Source: Geosiphon pyriformis uo1
Taxonomy: Eukaryota > Fungi > Glomeromycota
Direction: 5' to 3'
Length of the DNA: 64,000 nucleotides
Assembly: GCA_016748015.1 (NCBI GenBank)
Contig: JAAOMT010000697.1
Span: 752,868 to 816,867, forward strand
In this document: piece by piece, positions 25,454 through 39,125 of the stretch
How the letters are laid out: each line of letters starts with the position of its first letter
How positions within the stretch are numbered: the stretch's first letter is position 1
Translations under genes and position numbers: made by a program
The notes under the pieces: model-generated
What the model saw: the letters and a program-made list of their open reading frames with translations, nothing else
Database searches by the model: none
Told to the model about the DNA's origin: nothing

Positions 25454-26684
25454 CTATTAATTAGCATGAAATTATCCTTATAATTTCTATTATTAACTAG
25501 CATATATTATTATTATTTTGATTATCATTTATTATTTAATTAAATTATCAAATATTATTATTTAATCAATAATTTAATTTGTATCATAAAAATTAAGATG
25601 ATTAAATTACACAATACCCTAAACTATTTAATATAGTCAAAATTCGCCAAAATTAATGAAAATTGGCCAAAATAATCAATAGTTTAATGAAATAACTTGT
25701 AGTTTGCCAAAATATATTTTTAGTTCACTAAAATTGTAGCAAAAAAAAAAATGCAAGTTCAAAAACTAATACTATAACAAGTTGTATAAAAAAAGAGCTT
25801 TTTTCTTCAAGAAAATATATTTTCTTATAGTATTTTATCATAATATCTTATTTTAAATATCTTAATTAGAACAAATTACCTTTTACACATTTCAATAAAA
25901 ATTAAATATTCGAAAACCAAATCTTTTGATTATTACACATGAAATTTCTTTAACACAACTAACATTTTGAAATTGATTAGCTACCAATTTCAGTAATCTG
26001 TTAGTGACTTCAGGTCTGAATAGAAAACATTTCTCTTGACACAATTCTATTTCTTTTATATTCCATTCTTTTTCTTATCATAATTATTAGAGTAGCCTAC
26101 ATACAAGATTCCTGTAAAAGAGTTGACTTTTACAGCAAAGTAATTACACATTCTTAGTAAGCTTTCAGATGAGCAATTTCTGGAAAAGAGTTGACATTTA
26201 CTACAATGTAACTACATAAAATAACTGGCACAGAATTGGCCATTCTACTTATAAGTCCAGCAGTTCAAATTATAGAAGATAATTTGAAGATAAATTCAGT
26301 TATTGGAGGTTCAATTGCTTTCAAAAAATGTGAAATTAGCAACAGATAAACAGTAACAACATTCAAAAAAAGAGACCAAAAACCTTTAGTAACAACATCA
26401 AAAATAGCTTGGTAAAAAACCTCAAAAAAAGAGTATAAAGTTTAAAAAATTTACAGATAGCTTACCAAAAGAACACAACTGCCAGAATAAATTAGCCACC
26501 ACATTAAAGATAGAAATTGGACAGAATTACAATTCCAAGAGACTACTAAAACAATATTGAATCTCTGTTTATTATACAAAAAATTTAAACCAAAATTTTC
26601 AGATAGTTCTAACCATATCAGTTAATGAATATCAAGTTATGAATTTGTTATTTATATTAACACTCCAAATAATTATCTGTAACA
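25434..26684 (+). repeat. 3' LTR of element C (~1.25 kb)
   Basis: PPT GAAGAAGAAA; TGTTAT start and TGTAACA end; first ~660 bp repeat 9553-10226. Confidence 0.85.
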
Positions 26685-26764
26685 ATGGTATTTGATTTTT
26701 TTATACAATTAATATTAATATCTTTTTATTTACTTTTTTAATATTAAAATTTAATAAATAAAAA

Positions 26765-26797
<33 letters not shown>

Positions 26798-27610
26798 TTT
26801 ATTGATTTACGAGTGAGATCTAAACACCACCTAGAGAAATACATCAACAACAGTGATCTAAACTAGGCATAAATCATGCACTTTCTACACATGACCAGCC
26901 ATTTGGGCCAATCAGAATAACACTAAGCACCTATATGAACTGAGACTGAATCACCAATTCCTGAAAAAAACAAACAAGACTTGCGAAGCCCAAAACAAAT
27001 GCCAAATGCCTCAGCAATACCCAGCAACCTAATAACACCCACAGAAAGGAGCAAAGACAACCCAAAAACCAATATCAGAGCTGAACCATCAGGTAGAATT
27101 AAGCCATTCATTTCCATAAAAGCATAATGCTTTGTATGGACCAACCAGACTTTATCCCTAAAAGCCAGACAGAAAGTGCACAGAAAATTTACGACCTTCA
27201 AACTCATGATTTTGGGATTACCAAACACAGACACTGCCTTTCAAATTCATCCATCAAATACAAAACCTTTGCAAAGAGCAGTATACACATTAACATTGAA
27301 TGCACAGGATGAAAATAACTAAAACACATAAAAAGACAATTGAAAAAGACCAGAAAGCACTCTCCAAGCATCCGCATGGGTATCCAACAAATGGCAACAA
27401 GCAGAGTCATTAGCCACACAAAAAAAGACATGATTTGACACCTTAATATTTCCACAAAATAAGCAAATCACACTAGAGTAAAGTCTGCTGTATAGCCATT
27501 TCCAGACAGCCACAGGTAGCTGATAATACAAAGCTTTCATAAAATAAGTATGGGCACCAGATGAAAACTTACTGGTAAAACCAACATTTATATGCAAATC
27601 AGGATGCCAA
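26765..27610 (-). mobile_element. 5'-truncated LINE (ORF2 C-terminus, 3' UTR, (AAT)n tail)
   Basis: Peptides WHPD..YFMKAL..CLFC..HVFFC..CKGFVF..VSVHIGA* match the full copy at 39126-39800. Confidence 0.9.
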
Positions 27611-28737
27611 TATTATTATTATTAAATTTTTTAATATTATTACTTTTTTTACTTTTTTTTAAAAATTAAAACATTAATATTATTAAAACCCAAGTTTTTT
27701 ATCTTTTTTTTCAAATTTATTATGTATTTATATTATTAATAATATTAAAATTAAACAAAAAAAATTTGATTTTATTGAATAAAATATTAAAATAACTAAA
27801 AAATAAAAAAAAACTATTTTTATAAAAAATCACTTTTTAAAAATTTTAAAACAAAAAAAAATTTAGTAATTTATTTTAATATTTAATATTTTTATAAAAT
27901 ATAATCTACAAAAAAAAGAATATTATTAACAAAAATATAAATAAAAATAACAAATAAAAAAATTTAGAAAAAAATTATTTATTTTTCAAAATTTTTAAAA
28001 TATTATATTGTTATATTATAAAAAATAAATAAAAAATAACAAATAAAAATTTAAATAATAATAATATATTAAAGATTTTGGCAATTTATAAAAAATAAAA
28101 TTATTAATTATATAATTAAAATATTGATTAATATTAAAACTAAATTTAAATATATTTACATAATTAATTAAAAACTTATTTTAAATGTTAAAAAAATCTT
28201 ATTTCAATAATAATAAAAATTAATTCAATATTTTTTGTTAACTTATTTATTAATAAAAATTATCAAAAAAATACAATTTTATTGTTTTTATATATTGATG
28301 TATTTCAAATTTAAAAAATTGTTTTATAAATTGTGATTATAATCTTAAACCCCGGTTTTTGGGTAATATAATTATTATTTTGCAATATAATGGATAACAT
28401 CACAGATATTTAATGATTCTTTTCATATTTGATTGTAGGTTTAATTTCTCAGGAAAACGTGATACCTATTGATTACTCCATTGGTTACACGGGTGAAAGG
28501 TTGCAAAATGTATCAGGTATTCTCTACCCGATACAACTCTAGCAAATATCTAGTATGTGATCCCTTCATATCAGATATAACTATTTAATATCAGTATTCA
28601 ATAATTCAGCCCCCGTTTTCAAGAAGTTCGTCCTCATCCAGCCAAAAGGGAAATTTTTATAGGACCGTTTCTTTCACCATATAAATACTTCACTAACAAG
28701 TTATTAACAAATTCACTCTTTGGACACCATAATAAAC

Positions 28738-31700
28738 ATGACTTCCCTTCAAAGTTCAGCAAACTCGAACAGAACCAAACTTGTAGATTCTTTAAACACC
28801 AATATTCTATCATTGGTACGGTTCATTCATGTTTTCAAGTTATATATTGTCCTTTTTTTCGATTGACGAAATTCCCATTTTCGACTTACAACTAATTAAC
28901 GTTTTGGTACTTGCTTAGGCTGGAATCACAAGTATTGGATGGCGAAAGTATACTTATACTTGTAGTTCTGAACAACTCCGAACGTTTGCAAGTTCTGTTT
29001 CTCAATTAAAGCGCCGCTTCGAAGCATACAACTACACACAACGAAACTCAGATACGCTTAGTTTAATTCAAGACCCAATAATAATGAACCAAATTCGACT
29101 TTTGAACCGCCGAATACCTTGCGTATGGAGATATGCTGACAATTCAACAACAACAACTACTCAGGAAACATCGAAAAATTTTGCACCAAATAAAGTTCGT
29201 TCAAAATCACAACTTGAATTGATTTTTTCACAATCCAATGAAGGGATTGAAACAGAAATTACAAGGGAGTTATGGTTATTTTGGTTGAATCATGAAGAGA
29301 AACCTGAAAATATTGATAACTTGGAAGGGTTAGAAGGTTTGTCTTGAACATAACTTTTTTTTCAATAAAACGCATACATATTAAAAACCTTCATTTCGTT
29401 TAAATGATTCATACGCTTATCAAAAAATAGATTCATCACTCGGTGATTGCAGCTTTTCATGGCAGCAATTAGACTCCCCACCATTGGAATATGAATTATT
29501 TATAAAAGCATTTAGAAACTTAATTGGCCGGTAAGTTTTTTTCAATCACTTATTAATAACCCTTCATAAAATAATAATGTACACTTGCCTATGCTTGAAT
29601 CCTGGGATGTTAAATCTCGGTCATTGACGTTTCATTAGTCGATTGGTATGCTTTAGCAGCATACTTTTTATAATAGTTCTTATGAACAATCGAGAACTTA
29701 ATGCTCCAAGGGAGGTTAATGGCTTTCGCTAATCGCCTCAATAAATTGGATAATGCTTTTTTTATATATTTATTTATTAAAAAAACCCTTTAGCAGACAA
29801 ATACCATACATATTTACGAGATCGTTTGATATTCCTTTCATCATAATTTGATCCTAAAAATTATTTTAATTTTTCAAACAAAGATCAATGATAAATCAAG
29901 GAGGAATTCCCCTCGGCGATTGGTACTCATTTCCTACATTGTCCACTAAAGTGGTTGACGATGGGTAAGTGATATTTGACCTTTCAAAGTTGACTGGAAG
30001 ATTAAATTGCTTTATAAATTATAATCGTTTCGTCTAAATTAATATGCTTTTCATTAAATTCATTTTAATTATAACCAAAAATATCTAGTATCCTATCTTG
30101 TAAATTTGATTTGCACCTTTCATCAACAAACCTTATATTTCAACCAGTCGTGAAATATCGAAAAATCCGGCTGCTTCAAGACTCCGATCTTAAAGCCCCT
30201 TCAAGTTCCCGAGTTCTCTTGGCTCCTTCTGGTTTAGAAGCAGAACTTTTACCTGATAATCATATTTCACATGAGAACGCAGCGGCTATTTTCGCCGAGT
30301 TTTATGAATTCTTCAAATTTGACATATTAAATTCAATTGAAGCTATGGATCCATCTCTTCCTGGTCTTGTTAAGGTGAGGTTAACCGATGGAACCTTCCA
30401 AAGAGAAGTACCTTACCCGGCAAGGTATATTTACGTGATTGTCGGCAGCCCGGCCACTCATAACGAAGGAATCATACCCGGAATCGGAAAACGTATCACT
30501 GCGTTAGATAAAATGTCTGGACAACCAGGAAACTGGCTTTTAAGTTCAATAGAAAGGAATACTCTGCCTGAGAACGATATTGAATGGTGGAATTTTAGCA
30601 ATTATATAAAAAGTGTTGATAGCCGAAATCAATCGCAGCAGCATTTACATCGAAATTCTAAAGAAAACAATATGATCTCATCTCACACATTATATTCCTC
30701 AGTACCAGAAACCACAATGACCCCAAATACACCTGGGCTTGCGAATGACTCTTCAAATTCACCCGGAAAACCACAAACTCCACAAATGAAAACCTCTACT
30801 ACTTCACAACCTGCTGCGCATGATACATATCCATCACCCCCAGATGGGCTCAATTCTTCTACACGTGAATATACATCATTTATATCTCCTGATATAATTC
30901 CTACTGTTACTGAGGATGTCCTTGGTTCTCTACCAGAGCCAGCTCTTTTCATCCCAAATTATGAAACTTATTATGATGACGTGGACAAAAAAATTACTGA
31001 GGATGATTTCGACAAAGATTTTACTGATCAAGATTTTGACTTTTTTGCTTCCAATCACGAGGTTTGTAAATGATATTTAATAAATTAATGAATATGAAAA
31101 AATAATAAATTAGAGTTTTTTTTTTTACTTTGAAAAAATAAATCAAAATTCAGGCACCACCACCCACAAGTGTCAATCATTCTACACCAACTCCCGAACT
31201 TCCTGGATCAGTTCGTGCAGAGGACCTTTCTAATGAAACACCTGGAGGACACCAATGCCTTACTCCGTTGAATTGCCCTCATTCAACTCCTGACCTTTCA
31301 TATATTGTGCAACCAACTAAAAATCCTCTTGTACCTCCTCGATGGGCCCCTTTAATATTTCCTCATATCGATGAATCTAAATATATCAATCCTCAAATAC
31401 CCTATCATCATTCTCTCAACGCATATTCGATGTCTTCCATTCAAATCTCGATCCCGTCATCTAATTCCTCCAAAAGGAAGCATTCTGATGTTTATCAACC
31501 CGATTACCGCCCAGCATTTTTGCCAAAAAGAAAAAAGGCTAAAACTGAAAAGAAAAATAAAACTATTGAAACGGAAAACAGTGATACTGAACAAGAAAAT
31601 CAAATGGACGAGGAAATCGACTCTGACTTTTCGAACGACCGTGAGGAAAGCGATAGCTCATCATCCTACTTATCCTTGAGCGAATTTGAAGAAGAAATTG

Positions 31701-34396
31701 ATAACGAAAGTGATACCTCCGAATTCAATCAAGACGATTATGAAGATGAAAACATTGATCGATTTATGGACTATATTAATTGTGCAAGATTCTTTATGTT
31801 ATGGGATAACTTTGACAAAATCAGAGACAAGAAATTCACACCTCTTGTCCAAATTACTCCTAATGAACCTCTTGCGAAAAAGGCTGCCTATATATTGCGT
31901 GACCATATTGTGTTTGGTTCTTATCCTTTTGCTGGTGAACACTTAGAAGGTGGTGAAACTACACGCAAGATTAAAGAAAGACAAAGTCGCCTCAAGGAAG
32001 CATTCGATGATGGTGAATAGGGATTATACAATAATAAAGGATGTTTCTAGATTATAGTCTGAATCATTTCTAACTTTAATTTTTTTTTAGAATTACCAAC
32101 TTTTGCCGCGTATCCTAGCGAAGTCAAATCAATAATACAAAGACTGAAGCTGGTTTTGAATGACATACCGAACTCCTTCCCAAAGTCGGGTGATAATTTG
32201 CAACTTTGCGTGAAAGGCCCTCTCAAGATGATAGAGTATTGCACTTTAAATGGTAATTTATTTTCATGAAGTAACCTGAAATTTTCATCTATTTAAAGAT
32301 TTATTTATTTTAAAAAAAAATGAAATTACAGAGCAACATCGATATTCAAACACCAAATTCTCGGTTAAGACAAAACAGCCAGAACCTAATTATCAAATTC
32401 TACCCTCACCAAATTTGGTTGTTGGTTTCAAGGGTCAATATCATATGGAAGTCTCCACCGACCAGTTGAGATTTTGGGAACGGCACAAACTCGAACCGCC
32501 CGAGGGCAAGAAAAAAATTAGTTATTTCGCTCTATATCCAGAATGTGAACAACTCCGACCTCGAGTATCATCATTCTTTAAAAACATTAGCAGAACTTAC
32601 AAGGTTTGAATTTTTTGAGATTTAATAAAAGGCAAATTATATGGGCCTAACATATTCCCATCTCATATAGAGTTGTGAGCTTGGTACCCATTGTTCGGAG
32701 AAAATGAAGAAAATTGAAGATGGGTTGATACCAGTTAAATTGTTACCAGGCAAGTATAAGTAATGATCGGGTAACAATGGATATTATTTTTTTTTAACGC
32801 GAATCATTCATCTTTTTTTCTTCTTTGTTCATAGCTATCCATAATAAATCGGATACTCGTCGAGCTCTGGAAAGTTATGAATTCCTGTGTGACGAACTTG
32901 GTAATACCTCGAGTTCTCACTGAAAAATACTCGATCAAGATTTCTATACCTTGCTAGAACACAAGTTTTACTTATTATTTCCTTCTCATAGGTCTGAAGT
33001 TGAGCGAGATTCTTAGAGCCAAAAAGAAGAACAAGGAGTTAAACCACATTTTGATTTATATGATCAGTCCTTTCACACATCCGACCGCCTATTTCGATTT
33101 GTGTAAGCTGTTCGCAAAGCTACAATCACATCTAAAGGAACACCTAAAAAAATTCCCCGGTGATGTCCAACTGTCCGAGTATGTCGTATTACAGATAGTG
33201 CCGATTGATCACGTAATTAAATTTAGTACGAACGGAGGTACTCATAAAAAAGGTCTCATGGACATAGCATTTTCGGTCTACACTCGAGCAGCAGTAAGTG
33301 TTTTCTTTCATTTACAAAATTTTATACATTTTTTATTTAAAGATTTCCCAGAATAATCATATTAAAATGATGTAATAACATTACTATAAATCTTAACAGC
33401 TTCCCAACGAATACGTTCCTCCGTATTTGTTGCCATATCCAGCCCCGGTCAATATAAATTTCCAATTATCTGAAAAACTGCCATCTCGTGAGGAACTCGT
33501 AGAAACTGGAATCTCGCTTCATATTGCCTATGGCTACACCCCCGATAGACGTTGGCTAACAAGCGTTTTTACTGACAATGTCGGTAATGTACTTTTAACA
33601 AGTACATTGCCATTGAGGGTTAATAATATTGTGGTAAATTTGCGAAAAAAACTGGTGAAGATTTTTTGTCGGAAAAAAACGAAATTTACATAAATTCATA
33701 AAATCTTTTGTTCTAGGTCCCACTTCGACCCTTGTTCGAGGAGGTATGGAAACGAGCTCGGGAGTTAAAGGAAGGATTAGATGGGTGTCTTCAAATTGTC
33801 ATTTGCAAATTCGGTGAGATGAAAATCGAAGAGCGAACAAGTAAGCAGTTTCAAGGTTCCTCAAATTGGTTGAAAATTAAAACTATATTTTTAATCTTTT
33901 TTACAATTTTCTAATTTAATAGCATGGTTGAATATAACAGAGGCAATGGCGCCAATTATCTCTGTTGGAATGAACCCGTCTTTCTGCCCAGTCGATGTGT
34001 CCCACGAAGACACAGCTAAAGTATACGGAATGGTACTTAACCATCCTATTCCACATAAAGGGTTTCGACCTGCTGCAAGTGGTTATTTACTGGAAGTGGC
34101 TTCCGACAGGGGACCACTTTCAACTTTGGAGGTAATGTCTACGATCAAACTTAAAATCTTGAAAAAACCCAATTCATTTTTCTAAATTCCCACATCTCTG
34201 TCTGATCATACAGGTTCATCTGCTTCACAGGCCAAATAGCACTGATAAAGGTGCCTTCCTTATGCTCTGGGAAATTCTCCGAGAGTTGCACGCCCTTTCT
34301 CGCCTAGATACTACTCCAATCAAGAACAATTGTTTACCGATACATCTCCTACTTGTCGAGCGATTGACCAGAGGAATGCTTGGCATAGCAATGTAG
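28738..34396 (+). CDS. MED13: Mediator kinase-module subunit 13 (Med13/Ssn2/Srb9), multi-exon
   Basis: NILSL|AGITSIGWRKY, RELWLFW, LSCKF, YPSPP, VVGF...LRFWERHKLEP..KKISY, HIAYGY..D.RWL and C-terminal CLPIHLLLVERL; many short GT-AG introns; exon boundaries inferred. Confidence 0.88.
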
Positions 34397-34941
34397 ATTA
34401 ACAATGGTGTGCTAATTTTGGTATCAAAGATAGCAATGTATATATAATTTAAAATAAAATGCTATCTCGTAATAAGATCTTGTATTGTATTCCAAATGTT
34501 AACATGATGATTCGTTTTATTAAGCTATCGTATCTTCATTCCGCGAATCTGGTTATATGATATTACCAAAGGAATTTTTCGAGGGTGAGCCAACGAGAGA
34601 CATTTCTGTCAGCCATTTTGAGATTCTCCTCAGCCCTCTTCTGACAAATATACTCTGATTAGTCTTAACCAAATTATAGTTCGCTACGTTCTTTGCAAGA
34701 AGCTACTAACGTGATCCAGAGATAAGGTAACCCCAAGGGCCTAAAACTCTATTGGCCTAGCCTCCTGATTTTCAACTTTTTTTTACCTTCAATTGTGTCA
34801 CCAGAAATTATCGGCGGTAATGTGATCAGCCCCGAGGTTACATGAAGCGTAGATCGCCCCCGATATATCAGATAAACCAAAAAAATATGGCTGTAGGACA
34901 GTCATATTTTTCATATTTTTCCTCCTAAGAGGTTTAGAGAA

Positions 34942-35490
34942 ATGTCAATCGGGGTACCCATCAAACTTTTACACGAAGCTCAAGGTCATGTTGTAACGCT
35001 CGAGTTAAACAATGGCACTGTATACAGAGGAAAATTATCGGAGGGTAGGTTTTGTTTTTATTGTAAAAAGTTATCCAACTCATCCCAACTTAATGATTCG
35101 CTGTTTCACGGATCTTTACAAAAGCTGAAGATAACATGAACGTGCAACTCCGTGAAATCACGGTTACTGCTCGTGACGGACGTGTCTCACAGTTAGACCA
35201 GGTGTATATTAGAGGATCGCATGTTCGCTTCTTCATCGTACCTGATATGTTGAAAAACGCACCAATGTTTAAAAAGATAGGCCCAAACGCAATGAAGGGT
35301 AGAGGCATTGGATTAGGAAGAGGAAAGGCTACCGTTGCCCGAGCGCAAGGTTTGTTCCAAGATCCTTTATTGTTAAAAAATAAAAGGCTATTAATTTTGA
35401 ACTTTGATTTCCTTTATCAAAGCGAGGGGTGGACGTGGGAGAGGTTTTCGCGGTGGTCCAAGAGGGCTTCCACGCGGGGGTCGCCCATAA
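34942..35490 (+). CDS. SMD3: Small nuclear ribonucleoprotein Sm D3; exons 34942-35044, 35125-35349, 35423-35490
   Basis: [16 protein letters not shown]...[10 protein letters not shown]...[22 protein letters not shown] plus an RG-rich tail. Confidence 0.97.
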
Positions 35491-36839
35491 AAAACGCTCA
35501 AGAGTCAACTTGGCAACAGAAATCCAGGCTCAGCATAATAGTGTTTGGTTAACTGGATCAATCATGTTCAATTGACTACAAAATCTGCTCAAAGATATTA
35601 TATTGGAAGATGAAGAGATATTTGCTCTTAGAAGCGTCATATATTATGTAAACAGGCTTGTCTTTTTTTGCTTTTAATTGTATTTTCTAAAAAATCTATA
35701 GCTGTTTTCCAATATTTAGGTTGTTTCCATCTATTTCCCACGATTTTTCTGGAAACAATCGTACTTTTTGTCAAAATTTTTTTGGTCCAATCTGAATTCC
35801 CGATTGGCTGCTAAGTGAGATCTAACTTAAATGTCGGAAAGGGAGCTGAACATAAAATATTTCAAAAATGATACTTTCATTGAAGAGGTATTTTTTACTA
35901 TTTCTGTTTAAATTTTGGTTCAAAAATTTTTATCGATAAAAAACGGTTAAATTTTGTCAGTTTTCGACGTTAAACTTATCTATCAAGCGAGAGGAGAGGT
36001 TTTATGGTGATCAATGAGGGCTTTTGCATGATGATTATCTGTTGATTTTAAAATGTATTCATGAAATAAAAATATAATTGAATTTCACAATTTAATATTA
36101 TGAATTGATAAAAAAAAATTGGTACAAATATTATGCATGTAATTTTAATTTTCATTCAACTTTCATTATGAATTATTTTTCTACTAAGTTTTTAAACAAA
36201 GTATTATAATTCAATTTGGTTTTATGTAATTTTTAATAAAAATTAATTAATATGGGTCATGTTTTTAAGTTTAAAAATAAAAAAAAACCTGAATACTTAT
36301 AATATTAAAATTATATAATTGAATAAAATGTTAATTATTATTAAAAATCTTTAATTTTATGATTACAATTAAAGCAAAAAGTAAAAAAGTTTTAAACATT
36401 ATTTTTTTTATAATAACTAATAAAATTTTAACAAAAGAAAATTTTTTTATTATAAAACAGCTAAACAAAATATTTTGGCAATATTTCTTTTAAATATTGA
36501 TAATAAAAAACTGTCTTTGGTAATTTTTAAAGCATTTTTCTTTATCTTTAGCTAGTAATTCTTTTTTAATTATAGTTTTTTCGAAAAAACACATTAGAGT
36601 TAGTTTTAATATTGTTTTTAAAAGTTCTAAAGTTTTTAACAATAGACTAATTAATAAACTAATATTATAATTTAAGAATTTATAAGAAGTATAAAATAAT
36701 TTAATTATTTAATCATAATATAATACAATAATAATTTACATAATAACAACTATTAAATAATATTAATAATAAGCAATATTTTATAATAACAACAATAAAC
36801 ATTATTTAGAAATATCAAAAATAGAATATTATAATATAT

Positions 36840-37450
36840 TTTTTCATAGAATTACAAATATATATTATATATATATAATAGTTTTAATATTAAGAAAAAA
36901 AAACATCTAAATATTTTTTATTTTTTTTGTTTAATTATTTTTTTAGTTTTTATTTTTTAAATAAAATTTTAATCAATTAAAAAAATCAATATTAAAACTC
37001 AAATTACTATTGTAAATTTATTAAAAAACTTATTGTATCTCTTTATTAAATAAAGCTATTATTTATTAACTGAATTTTTTGAAAAAATAATTTCTAATCA
37101 AAATTATTTACATTATTATTAATTAATTAAAGCTTTTTTATTAAAATTAGGAAAAACACAAAAAAATCATTAATATTTTGTGTTTTTAAATTAAAAAAAC
37201 ACTTTAAATAATTACAAAAATATATTATAATAACAGCAAATAAATTTCAAATTAGTTTTTGGAAAAAAATATATAAATATACAATATAATCAAAATTTAA
37301 AAAAATTTACATTATAATATTAATAAAAAATCTTTAACATAATACAATTATTATTATACAACCAAAATTAAAAAACTTACAAAAGATTAATTATAATTAA
37401 ATTAAGAATATTAATAATTAATATACCAAAAAAATGCTTTTATAATACTA
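36840..37450 (+). repeat. Extremely AT-rich dispersed repeat homologous to 47985-48570, possibly a hypermutated LTR
   Basis: Colinear blocks (TATATATATAATAGTTTTAAT; TTATTAAATAAARCTATTATTT; ATTAATAATTAATATACCAAAAAAA) ending in TATAATA, which could derive from TGTAACA. Confidence 0.6.
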
Positions 37451-38009
37451 ATTTTTTTTGTTTTTATTCTTATTATTATTATTATTATTACTTTATAAAA
37501 ACCAAAAACTTTAAAAAACAATAAAAATTATTTGTGTTTAATATTATTTTTTGTAATTTTAAATAAAATTTTAAATAAAATTTTTACAGTTATATTTGAT
37601 TTTTTTTTAATATAAATAATAACAACAATAATATGTTTTTTAAAATAAGCCAAAATTACTGATTATATTATCAAATATAATATTTTTTGGTATTGTTTTT
37701 AATAATATTTAGAAAACAATTTTTAGTTGTTAAAAGTTCTCTAAATAAGTAGTTTTTATTTTTGTGTCTAATATTATATTTAAAATCAAATTGGTTTTAT
37801 TGATTTTTTAGTTAAGTTATTGTTTGGTTTTATTAAATTTAAGTTAGTTTTAAAAAACAATATTAAGTTGTTTTATATAAATTTTGCTTTTAAAACTTTT
37901 TTAATTATTGTTATTAAAATTTTTATTGGTAATTTTTTTTTTAACTATACTTTAGATTATAAGTTTTTTATAATAGCTTTTGTTTTTTTTATTTTTATTT
38001 TTTTTTTAT

Positions 38010-38778
38010 TAAATTTAATGAGCAAAGTCCAAATACTGCCTAGTAACAATACATCAAAATAATAATCTATACTAGGTGTGAATCATGCTTTTACTACACG
38101 TGACTAGTCATTCAAGCCAACCAGGACTACACTATATATTCACGGACATAGAAACCAAATTATCTATATCTGAAAAAAACTAATAGGAACTATGCAACCC
38201 AAAACTAACACCAAATGCATTATTAATACCAAGCAGTCTAATCACATAGGCCAAAAGCATTGATATGCCACCAGACACTGAGACAAAAATTGAACTATTA
38301 CAAGAGATCAAACTGTGTTTTTCCATAAAAGCTTGATACTTAGAGTAGACCAGCCAAATATCATTCCTAAAAGACAAGCACAAACTGTGAACAAATTCAA
38401 CCACCTTATCAGATACAGTTTTAGAGTCATCAAAGCAGGAAGCGGCCTCCTAGTACCAATTTACAAGCACAAAACTTTTGCACAAAGAAGCAACCAGACC
38501 CAAATCAGTCAAATGATCAGATAACATTTGTAACACAAGAGATAAGGCATGGAATAGACCAGAAACAACTCTCCAAGTAGAAGCAAAATCAATAAACAAT
38601 TGGAGCTAAACAGCTGCATCAAATGCACAAGAGAACACATAGTCTGACACTTCAACATCATCACAATACAAACACACTACACTGAGATAACATTTATTAT
38701 AGAGACATTTGTGAACAGCAACAAGCAGTCTATGATGTAAAGCTTTCATAAAATAGAAACAAGAGCCAGCAGAATAGT
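38010..38778 (-). mobile_element. 5'-truncated LINE (ORF2 C-terminus and 3' UTR)
   Basis: YFMKAL, CLYC..VFSC, LCKSFVL, NDIWLV and the conserved 3' UTR. Confidence 0.88.
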
Positions 38779-39125
38779 GATTTTTTATTTGCTATTATAT
38801 TTTATAATATTTTTTTAAATACATTTTTTAATAATATTAAAAATATTTTTAGTGTTTTTGGTATTGTTGCTTTGATTAAATTAAAGTTTATTAATTTATA
38901 ATAATATTCTATTGTTTATTTTAAGAACTTTTTTTTGCAGTTGTTATTCTTGCTAATTGGTTTATATTAATTAAAAAAAATAGTATTAGAATTTTTTTTT
39001 TATTAACATTTAACGAGCGAAGTCCAAACACTGTCTAGTGCAATACATCATATAAATGATCTAAACTAGGTGTGAATCATGCATTATTCACACATGACCA
39101 GCCACTCGGACCAATCAGGACAACA

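Larger units (their letters stand above)
18049..26684 (+). mobile_element. Ty3/Gypsy element C (second family): gag-PR-Cys-rich-dUTPase-RT-RH-IN-ORF3-3' LTR
   Basis: Gag AYIAKIPEF and QILDQFI; knuckle CHYCEIQGHWKQNC ~18963-19004; protease LILNSR ~19615; RT ~21830-22680; RNase H ~22740-23130; integrase ~23400-24460. Confidence 0.95.

Noticed and set aside
26765-26797. (TTA)n microsatellite as an independent feature
   Set aside because: Best explained as the (AAT)n 3' tail of the adjacent LINE.
37820-38062. Hydrophobic F/I/K/L-rich ORFs in AT tracts (also 45673-45900 and 46110-46337)
   Set aside because: Composition artefacts of very AT-rich DNA.
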